Below, piece after piece: positions 42,401 to 48,900 of a DNA stretch of 64,000 nucleotides (the first letter of the stretch is position 1; each line of letters starts with the position of its first letter). The stretch is from a virus: IMG/VR virus record IMGVR_UViG_3300004241_000002; one strand, given 5' to 3'. A model generated the notes under the pieces. The model made no database searches. It had not been told where the DNA came from and was given only the letters and a program-made list of their open reading frames with translations. The translations under genes were made by a program, and so were the position numbers.

Positions 42401-42402
42401 AT
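30448..42402 (-). CDS. giant protein (3984 aa) carrying the crAss-type virion RNA polymerase signature
   Basis: Uninterrupted 11.95-kb ORF. DFDID (DxDxD) at 33589-33603 (residues 2934-2938). Zincin motif HEAFH at 37978-37992 (residues 1471-1475). Gly/Ala-rich hydrophobic N-terminal segments. Confidence 0.8.
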   Translation of the reverse strand: MAKRSLFDTTENKKVNVALGQESYFEKPSYQFPKNTRIFPGEVYDDYDDVYRPVDSYGVGESRYDRGLTRLDQPYLQNIRADKQGPMVQFGSMLGQAVIGEVAGGMMEGVGYLFALREFNKLAEGADDEFGNALSNAGANLREWAREEMPINEFSYREGEFRPWDWSWWMKNAPSIASSISLMIPAAGVAGVVSKVGKAVTGLKMSKTGFAVIQAGVSRHMESMMEAKGTFDELKESALAQGLSEQEAITMAAKGAQKNYMLNWPMIMQDIPQYMFLNRALAGAISTKGKLSLGQAASNIFNVESYNLLKDAIGEGLEEGYQFMSNEYSKHFIERQLNPNLDVPFSQVAKKHLKSGEIWTNMFFGALGAIAMQGGRGLMDKVRGIEDESVAKIKSQAQLFSAISSEILEARTQNNPIKEKLAEDKLISTLAVNAAINNSIPHTEGLIDAIVNDEFTNENLGEFGLTEEEVAPFRGQDNKQRAKELKGKVKDIAEKYNQVMSDISNPKSVLGKGFKTAYKNRAPQYKNMSPDNYAKLLAGTIVQTRASREAIDGAISELEIRKQDLGRLIDDESEIGKSYAGLSAFAKMKLQLDLELEAEQIEADSFRSRYTEEVLNNMSDGAKKDALEQLKYYDEQLKTKKEVVEGLGGELTPEDKKILKGLNTEDIKAFKATSQQLSQLKADSHAYKAMEKRLANGYTATKEEIEKYYKDFEERNNDVNEQFGFRANDIVFIPSINKEGIVDSVEKGEDGKLIYKVIPGTFDSLNAFVPDNIAPISYEIDDLHTSEYNDTAANYEEFETVSNMVNPDSNFNNQYRLELKKKRNNRPIITLDDTISYIHLDKEAPSKVVVRDKELDEFVSKPGEEIDKLLQQSTITYSVDFNNKYWTDPADTPEMRQQKTDLFNRLTTIFNPKSTKKDRNRDIRAVLKFFYDTPTPQTSETGWNTLLDTIPISVTITSGDKKFNNELFVHDSDFWNLSAPEEEGVNPEIYKKTQREKTRAFRLMILDELMAGRSFVVNGLSREGGHLNRVATADAIHNRLEMNIKELELWVALDEDSMYAANDKVSTVSSIPGSVSFKTSKTMQGNTVSIMANVANLTPEHADILLNTIVTLNAPGKGRRSPIYVDNTTIDNRVEGITAGEVIGLLALYGTVTTDERKLSNHRLFIDENRRTLYFGTAGKIEDILNISKAERSAFITWAIENKKYRIPLKLKRLPGYSLNKPINKKFKIGSIVNDPTAGLTWAQVLASTQIKHDKRGKPGYIVSTNVTLNSNKVVDGKPVLIANIHNITEANESAKTEEPIVTPPVTTPTEEGKIREERAWMDDAINVLTQYVDKSYGEWGKTMAYPDSATVLDLLEKSKNIPEDIRIKLSQEGIAIRQGVIKPVKRSRLKNAPSIDKNNLPAWEYDKVHETGPRVSKTEKNWFSARFPGKTIEEVDKLLQLAIPGREAFGLFRANAIYIYKESPMGVIYHEAFHRVSLGYLSKKERAKYYDEARKKYNMPNAKDSVVEERLANEFRAWKLNQADEQPLYAEVTPWIKRLYDFIVYFFTGSNRLNSYEIEGLFKQIDAGRFTDRFIGLKRRYDLKDYEAPYEVASLLGTGRIDMPEINSHEEFMNFVKGLTTILIAQSNVVSLKQYKNINLKNLFNYIEKELLDKEAQDESESDGFRVIQKSLQYDIENNILQEGETLADLQVEKDKIDSIVKLYESVLDPKYMPVYVKHIHGMLRSQYGIAARDNVFENEEDLEFSVEEASSADMILRYGKASYEVDVRDNASSNIKFLIATIRENEDINEITRVPSYVSFDHMWYDIMFGLHDKLTIEEMMDYIKKKGEVHYSYMDLYNKLSNAPERLRTQFKVTVNKHKHEFVNILYNRTRNGGFEFEIKRADVSRAEKDEARRWAYDFFESEYFKEHNGRQIVNVKKYNELLQKWEDLKNKVKEELPENKTTSKRFNKTILANLENDFLSFISEFSIGTTKEILDYVLENRVKEFGSTYASELADYILKKGGELVTRFADIREKQLNQEGYNVYGGILSMYESPKKLSSKVQSVYIVRELSEAKYNLYPDLLNIMVIGPDGHQYFAYSDNSYATDQIKKFRDEKEVDRYLGKQYHKYSYLLNSLKNNESNKKNIGLKTLSAWQERDASDKGTSYANLNDIEDYVMRLTAFQAGLIPLPILADRTTYYFLDGFKMPQFLYNIVDNQLVLQDEVIDIFINYARAEKDRIDEANELLKRYEEADDATKKNILENEMIQNYHYNIVKEGDSFKPIFKPKGNLDKWANAYKYIEFRSFNAEDFNFEAEAKGLITTMLEEIVEIGIDHALKNNVIRLTEENTLENNYLDKGKLLETQKLLGEEEDPGPIDFAIRNTIMMNELSMLMTNFETNMLFVGDPAFYASKEGTVQADRIKRLGVMTSSGSSYSSNPITYGNNQDYFNLAVLHTQKINMNDPDQFDKESYANLERIITINYATILLRDLKFRDPERYKQYETVLDEDKLDPNILQDILKKEFKINIKDLLRPYRDIDPTDGQGYITPQMYRSLLDKHGEWTDEMEEAYNLMLSKPIGEMTPSESVIISRLLMPPLKPVLFDLLEYDQILSPLYLKLSTAVLWPGLIQGTHLQEVYDRMMVTGKYEGSNKQPVHMVVYNSAVKVGNRASKPLYKKADRKEVNDLFDLASYPTPFASLRKQIVTDPHDVEESKMGTQFAKIGLADLNLFDKVYNFNGNMLTGREISNVIFKSLAGISDKGLLRLKEKIGWKDENKSIDLKTLSDTLREDAIMSAMPDLISDSFRLDSDGSLYIELDAMPNKRQISSRIIGMTNKSVIDILMPGNAFIQMSNQGLAASPSEELKWYTIDAEGRLTASEAIVSISMFKHVIPNYEDISFEDARKWVLENTPEILAYRIPTQSQASVIYLKIKDVTEESMGDTIILPSPVTALTGSDFDIDKLYAIRYNYSLNEKGNMSITRFGNTPEEAFNYQTVNIINNIVNKIDKLGRIYKIDPDKFRGNKVDTLKSIIQSLGDNLYEDLLNIIGTDLDYLMKNVETDSSSLSLETIGVLMHIKDTVKDWNLKEIREKFLEDNKNKDPYEYNTVGAIKNQLFTAYLSIYSSKEHLIQTQLPLGGFTGQLKKLASTINEEFSSNDLYVYSATHQNKLKFQYNGGQKGIAPFALNNVHHILGQIARLQHTGNGLGLLIEGDKGGISLNDTYGKDRLSILSWLSAMIDAHVDLAKDNYIMKLNVNEVTYNVTSLLLRGGMGIETFKFLSQPILKEFARSSINSGRKHRMRLYYNETHAFNETKKQWEAALSEDGKKEYENIKGSEFLNNESVEETISIAGNEKLDYYNKTIESFESDKEKDAFILHQLRILSIYKHFDYISKDLNNLVQLSQIDTKKYGKTAVEVIHYNKRLEDFTKKNEGNYPLFKNADKLLPIKDIKNGESLLGPYYRNSVGFLLDVLPQLTIYASPVFMRALGTILDLSNNSDTLDKRFINSIADELYATIVGEFFHDDIITTDTNKDGSGNLVVLWNSVMEYLGKIQMNKVPEAAYLKNNAVMRSFSKLPITTEAKLPIKYFIGTAKKSFADKLSNDDYMYDWLDMLNADQSTEEGKRIVSFAKRLFVFAFYNSGFRNRLHSFFNIIPPDLIKDFQVRRGEEPVSLNEFIKGKRQLYSDPILSTEIMSTIDEVFINNAQNKDLIPTVFDDNIPLLFKEVPAGKLKEDNSVPLLTAEDGSLTMIELNHVEMVTYDVKSKKAPRITKDSNHFLGNNMAGDPIFTKYIMYYDNSSAFNIKPHLFKYIGYYKISKEEAVDAVDSNGRNVTKTKYITEIHPIYKTIPRKSYDKGGITYKEYWFDQSAIEENQETLKLEYLDKNGKEAVKTINNYIPDGDEMLYFNHPSMEFENAKDVILIDDYSVVLDNAFAGNISVRDRLISEMSTDVTEDTNISTRTVEQPEDMSLNQLKDLVNNKYKDKPNYVPLTLKDMIAMSPEEITNHKNCL

Positions 42403-42406
42403 AATA

Positions 42407-44227
42407 TTATCTATTGTATCTTAATCCTCTAGAAGGAGTAGTTTCATCTGGATCTAATATATTTTCAGTACCGTATATGTTTTCCAAAGCTAATTCATAT
42501 ATTTGTCTTAATGAAGTAGTTGCTTGAATAGGAGATCCGTTTGTTGGATTTGTCATTGTAACTGGTTCAAATTGATTAGGACCAACTTGTCTTTCCAATT
42601 TATATTGAGGAATAAAAGTAGGTTCACCATTAATATATTCAAATCCATAATCTAAATTAACAACCATACCATCCTCAGTTAGAGGTAACCTGCCTTTCTG
42701 ACCAGTATCTACCATTCTCCTTAATTGATTTAAAGGTTTCATAGTATTATCTATATCAGCATAGCCTGTTATAATTATTTCATTAGAATTATCAATAATA
42801 CTTTTAGATTCTTTTTTATTATTTTTTGGTATAATAGAAGCTGATATGCCACCAGCCTTGTCAAACGAAGGTGCCCCAATTTTTATACTTTTTTCAAATT
42901 CTGCCACATCCTTATAACCGGTTTTATCAGCAATTTCTTGTGGAGAAAACGATTGTTCTATACCAGGAATTACAAATCTTAAATTATTAAAATCATTATG
43001 AACAAGTTGATTAGTATATTCAATAACATCAGGATCATTAACTTTAAAAGTAGCAGAATCCATTCTAGATTTAGTAGCCTTCTTGTAGTTATTTAATATC
43101 TCTTTATCATCTAATTTAGTTTTACCATCTGGACTATATGCCATATGAGGATACTCTTGTATTATAGAAGAAATAGCACTCTTTCTTTTTTCTAACATTG
43201 CTTGATATTCATCTGCCCTCATAGCATTTCTAACATCTCCTAATCTAGAAGCCGCATTAGATTGTGAATATGGACTGTGAGACCATTGATCAGTAGAACT
43301 TGTAGGAGTAGCATAATCATAGTCAAGTACATCTGATATACCTAATATATCTTGATTAACACTTCCTCCGGGTTTAACTACAGGATTTACACGATATGGT
43401 TTTGGACCAGATTCACCACTACCATCTCCTTGTGCAAACTCAGGTAATACTTGATCATTAGATGTTATATATTGTCTGCCATAGTCTTCCATCTGTGTTC
43501 TTAATATATCCACATTACTCATATCTTTAGCAATTTCAGGATACATTTTATGGAATAATTTTATTTGTTGTTGTCCCTGAGGAGTAGCAGCTAATTCTTG
43601 AGCTGCCCGATTAGATATGTTGCGAACATCATTTATATCTATACCTTCTCTAAGCGCCCTTATACCACCTGCTAAAGTTACAATACCTTTAGACTGTGGT
43701 TTCATATGCTTATAGTATTGTTCAAATAGTTCTGATTTGTCGGTATAAGCTTCTGGCATATAATTATATACACCTGTGGTACTATCCCAACCAGCAGCTG
43801 GATCTTCATCAAGCATTTGATTATATCTACCAGCAGCAATAAGTTTCTGTTTCATTTCTTGTGCTTGGTTCCACCTACCTTTACTTTCTTCAATCCTACG
43901 TATAGTTTCTGATGTACCAACACCACGAAGTTTTGTAGAGTACTTGGCCCATTCTACAGGATTTGTTAAGTCAACTGACATAGCTTCCTCTGCATACTTT
44001 TGTAAAGTAGGCATATACTCGTTTTTAACCCATTGCTCATCTTTAGAATTAGCAATATAATCAACTAACGAAGCTTGATCTATATACTTAGATGCAGTAT
44101 CTTGTTTACGCTCAAGGTCTGACTGACGTTTCATACCAAGAGCAGTAATCTGATCTAATGGTAGAGGAACAAATGTATTAAAATAGTTACTCTCAGCAGG
44201 AGAGTCATAGCGATTAATCTTAGCCAT
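42407..44227 (-). CDS. hypothetical virion protein (606 aa)
   Basis: ORF tightly packed between the late genes. No motif recognised. Confidence 0.6.
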   Translation of the reverse strand: MAKINRYDSPAESNYFNTFVPLPLDQITALGMKRQSDLERKQDTASKYIDQASLVDYIANSKDEQWVKNEYMPTLQKYAEEAMSVDLTNPVEWAKYSTKLRGVGTSETIRRIEESKGRWNQAQEMKQKLIAAGRYNQMLDEDPAAGWDSTTGVYNYMPEAYTDKSELFEQYYKHMKPQSKGIVTLAGGIRALREGIDINDVRNISNRAAQELAATPQGQQQIKLFHKMYPEIAKDMSNVDILRTQMEDYGRQYITSNDQVLPEFAQGDGSGESGPKPYRVNPVVKPGGSVNQDILGISDVLDYDYATPTSSTDQWSHSPYSQSNAASRLGDVRNAMRADEYQAMLEKRKSAISSIIQEYPHMAYSPDGKTKLDDKEILNNYKKATKSRMDSATFKVNDPDVIEYTNQLVHNDFNNLRFVIPGIEQSFSPQEIADKTGYKDVAEFEKSIKIGAPSFDKAGGISASIIPKNNKKESKSIIDNSNEIIITGYADIDNTMKPLNQLRRMVDTGQKGRLPLTEDGMVVNLDYGFEYINGEPTFIPQYKLERQVGPNQFEPVTMTNPTNGSPIQATTSLRQIYELALENIYGTENILDPDETTPSRGLRYNR

Positions 44228-44229
44228 AG

Positions 44230-45900
44230 TTATCTTTTTTTATTATAAGACCTTAAATCATCTATACCCATCCATTGATTAAAGAAAGGATTAACCCTCT
44301 GTAATACATCTAAATAAGCATTCTGTGAATTCATTTGATTTTTCATTTGCATCTGATTAAGAGCATAACTTTGTAAGCCACTTGCAGCAGACGCACCAAA
44401 ATTACGTTTAGCTGCCATGTTACGAGCATTTATATCATCGCTCATCATAAGACCTCTTGCGTTCATATTACCAAGGTTCATATCCATTTCAGCTTGTTCA
44501 CCAAGATATTGATTATCCATATTGTTCTTTTGTGCATATGCAGCAGCATCAGCACCATATCTTGCGTTAAGACCACCCATTAAGTTAGATAACAACCTAG
44601 ACCTATCGCCACCAGATGCACTAGCCGCATTACGATTATATACTGCATTTGCTGTTCTATTAGCTGCCAACATAGGATCTATATTAAAACGTCTATCGTT
44701 CATCCTAGAACGTATCTGATTCGTATAAGGATTAAAGTACCTATTGCGTTCAACCTTTTCAGGTTTACTAAATAAGGCATTACCTAGATTATATATATCT
44801 GGAGCAAGAGCCAATGCTTGCATACCAATACCACCCCAATTAGTATTACTTTGTTTACCACCAGGAGTTGCGCCTAACTTATCAAATTGATTTGCTAATC
44901 CTGCATAGTTTACAGGCGATGCGTTCTGAGCAGCATCTGTGGCTTGCATAGCAGCATTAACATCTATATTCATATCCGGAGAGGAAGGACTATATTTTAA
45001 TAATTCCATTTGAGAGGCAAGATAATCATTTCCAATAGGAGATTTATTACCACCACCGGTATTACCAGTACCAGCATTACCTGTCATAAATTGTGAATAC
45101 CTAGAAAATTGAGGTATTTGAAAGTTAGATATATTATTAATACTTTCTGGCCATACATAACCTTGTGAACCAAATCCACTATAACCTAAATTATATTGTG
45201 GAGTTTTGCCACCTTTCCAATACTTACCTGGCACACTACCACCTTTAGACATCTTCATAGCTTCCTGCTTACCAAATAAATCATAACTCATCTTTAATGA
45301 ATTTTGCTTATTTAAGTTAGCTGTCTTTTTGTTTAAGAAAGTAGACCCAGGATTCTTTAATGCTTTCTCTGCTTTGTCAGAAATCTTCTTATAAGATAAC
45401 TGCTCCTGAGCAAATGTTTTATTTTTACTGAATTTTAATTTATCACTGAATATCATAGTACCTGGATCAAAATATTTAAAATTATCACCTGTAGTATTGG
45501 CATGGGATGGTAAGCTAAACTCACGCATCCTACCATCAGGAGACACTGCTGTTTCACCCTTTTCAATTTCTGCATTCATGCCAACCCTACCACCATACGC
45601 CATCATTTGTGTAAATGGATTTTGATTACCACCCATCATCATGGCATTAAATGAATTGGTAGCATTTGATACTTTCTGTTGAGATAGTTTTAATTGTTCT
45701 TCCCTATTGCCTTGTACTTCCCCAAAAGCACCTTTAAGGAATGCACCAGCCCCACCTATAATAGCACCAGGTATAGCCCCAATACCACCAAAGGCAGCAC
45801 CACCCATAGCACCCATGCCAGCGCCAGCTGCAGTATCTGCTAACACACCGCCCCACGAATATTTAGGTGTAGCTTTAGATCTTTTATTTTTTGTACTCAT
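44230..45900 (-). CDS. hypothetical virion protein with N-terminal glycine-zipper segment and N/Q/M-rich body
   Basis: The likely start is ATG 45900 (MSTKNKRS), directly after the upstream stop at 45902. Segment GAGMGAMGGAAFGGIGAIPGAIIGGAGAFLKGAF. Confidence 0.6.
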   Translation of the reverse strand: MSTKNKRSKATPKYSWGGVLADTAAGAGMGAMGGAAFGGIGAIPGAIIGGAGAFLKGAFGEVQGNREEQLKLSQQKVSNATNSFNAMMMGGNQNPFTQMMAYGGRVGMNAEIEKGETAVSPDGRMREFSLPSHANTTGDNFKYFDPGTMIFSDKLKFSKNKTFAQEQLSYKKISDKAEKALKNPGSTFLNKKTANLNKQNSLKMSYDLFGKQEAMKMSKGGSVPGKYWKGGKTPQYNLGYSGFGSQGYVWPESINNISNFQIPQFSRYSQFMTGNAGTGNTGGGNKSPIGNDYLASQMELLKYSPSSPDMNIDVNAAMQATDAAQNASPVNYAGLANQFDKLGATPGGKQSNTNWGGIGMQALALAPDIYNLGNALFSKPEKVERNRYFNPYTNQIRSRMNDRRFNIDPMLAANRTANAVYNRNAASASGGDRSRLLSNLMGGLNARYGADAAAYAQKNNMDNQYLGEQAEMDMNLGNMNARGLMMSDDINARNMAAKRNFGASAASGLQSYALNQMQMKNQMNSQNAYLDVLQRVNPFFNQWMGIDDLRSYNKKR

Positions 45901-45901
45901 T

Positions 45902-48900
45902 TTATCTGTAAGAATTTCTATATGTAACACCTAAGTTTTCAATAATAACTCTGTATGAGTTAGTATTATTTGTAGAGTATTTGGTATCAATCTCACATAT
46001 AAGGTATTTATCCCTCATACGCTCTGGATACGAAGTACCATCTCCACTAAGATCTTCTATAGAAGGATGTAGGTACTGTGCATTATATAATGCCTCAACA
46101 TCGTTCCTTGGTATAATTGTTTGCCAAGTTCTTTCACGACGTTCTAAATTTGTTTTGTAAGTCAATACATGATTACCCGTTGTTTGATAATCATTATAGA
46201 ATAATACACTATGTATAGGACTAAGCTCATTATCAAATGTTTCATTAATATCACGCTTATATGTATCTGAAGCATTGGTACATAATTTAATGTCACCATT
46301 ATAAAACATATTATCAAATACCTTAGTATTTAAATAATATGGATTAAACACAGTCCTAAGTTTTGACCTATGTCTGCCCAACGCATCATTATAATATAAA
46401 CCATAGAAGTTATTCCTAGCTTGTATAGTATCATCTACATTATGTACAAACAATAAGTTTGATGGATAAGGAGATGTTATATATAATGAATTATGTGTTG
46501 TTGCTGATAAAAATGTATTATTATATGGTATGTATATGTATGGTTTGAATGTATACTCTGACGTGAAGCAATCCATAGTTTCACTAAAGCATAGTGTAAA
46601 AGGTCTGTTTAAAGACACTTCTGTTATACCAGGATTTGATATAACACCATCTTCATAATTAGCTAAAGTAAATAATACTTCATTATTTGTTTTATCTTGC
46701 ACAGACATATATTTAGGCCATGTAGCAATATCAGCATCTATAGTAAATAAAGATTTAACTTCTTTCTGTAATGCCAAGTCAGCTAATGATTCAGCAAACC
46801 TATTAATAGATAAGCTACGTCTGTCTACCCAATATACACCAGCTACACCAGCTACTACAGAGAATTTATCTTCACAACCTTTCTGTGTAGATATATAGTC
46901 AAATCTATCAAGTACACCACCTGTACCTAATGATAACTTAGCAGAGTTATTATCTTGTATTAAAGATCTATCATTTACTGCTAATACACCAAATGCTTCA
47001 TCCTGCCAAAAATATAATGATTGACCATACTCAAGCATTGCATTTAACGGACCATATCTGCTATCTACATCTATTGTTTCGTTAACACCAAACCTTGTCC
47101 AAGAGTCAATATATTCACCATTAATTTTAACATTAGATGCCCTAACTTGTGTATCAAATACTGTTTCGTTGCTACGAGTAGTATCAATTGAAATCCTAGA
47201 TGCTATAAGTGGTTGCTGTGAATACACAGTATTATACTTATACATATCATCTGTCTGATTATATACTACTAGCGTTGGAACATTATTTGTATACATATGT
47301 ACCCCTAATTCCTCTTGCATAAGATATGAATTAACGGCACCATATTGCTTATGCATTTGATATGCACCAACCCGTAAGTTACAATTTATAGATGATTCTA
47401 ATGGTATATATACAGATTCGTTTTTAGAATAAAAACTAGTTTCACCTTCTGCTATAGCTGGATCATATAATAATGTAGCTACATCAAAGTATGTTATAAA
47501 TGTATCACCATATTCACAATTATATGTAGTATCTTCTTCATATATAATATCAGAACATGGCAACATATTATTAAACTGCCTGTTTTCATATGTTAAACCA
47601 CCATATTGAGATGTCCAACAATTATTCTTGTAATTAACAACGGCTAATACTTTATCTTCAGCAGACCAACTATTATTAGAATATTTAATAACTAAACCAG
47701 TTGAACCTTTGGCATTGATATAGGCAGAGTCGTTATAATTATAGAAAGATGTGCCACCAACACTAAATGTTACAGGATCACCATCTATTGCTATAATAGA
47801 TATAACATCATTAATATCACTACGATCATTAGCTGTTATTGCAGAAGACGGAGTATTCTCTGTACATTTAACTATTCTTCTATTGTAACCATTAGTAAGA
47901 GCTCCTACATCAATGCTACTGTATTTTGTTATGTATTCAAGATAATCATTACCAGATTGACTTACATTTTTAGTTATATTTATTTCTGGAGATACTAATT
48001 TAATCAAATTTTCATTACCACTAGTATATGTATCTAGATTGTCTGTAGCAGTTGCTAAATACCAACCGTTATCCACATATTCAAAAGGATATGCCAAACA
48101 CTGTGTAACAATTTGTTTATCTTCTTTACCCCTTATAACCCTATAAACTTGTGCAGAAATAGCATCTGTTGGCCACGTATTATCTTTTATTTTTATAGTA
48201 GGATATATACGTCTAGCTGTAGTAGTTGTACCAGATGTATCTGTTAATACACCATATGTAGATTCCCTTAAAGCTGGAAACCTTAAATCTGTGATCCATT
48301 TAGGATCAGTATCTTGACCTCGTTTATTTTTAAATATAATAAATAACCTATATACTTCATCCCTCTGCCAACTAAGTTTACCAAGATTTAAAGGACTTGA
48401 ATAGTTTTTATAAGAACCATCTGCCTCTGTACCAACATAGTAAGTTTGAGGAGTTGTAGCAACTTCGTCTATAACAAAATCATCGTAGTCAAAACCTATA
48501 GTAATATTAGGACCTTCTGCACCTAATGTAAAACTATCTGATTGATATATATAAGTTTCATTTGAATCAGTATCGTTATCAGGATTATTATAATTATTTA
48601 TACCATCATGATCTTCATGATAGTTATGCCAACCAGCTGTATCCCAACTAGTAGGATCACTAGTATCACTAGGAACTAAAATCGTTAAATCACCATACCC
48701 ATGTGTTATATCAGAAACTTTTGATAAAATAGTGGTTGCCCCAGTAGATGTATATGTATACTCAAATATGGTACCACCAACTACTGTATTACTTATTGTA
48801 CATTCTGTTAATACAACAGGTGTACCAATAAATATAATATCTGGTGAAGTTATTTCTGATACAAATTCTGTACCATTCCACACAGGATTAATAAATGTAA

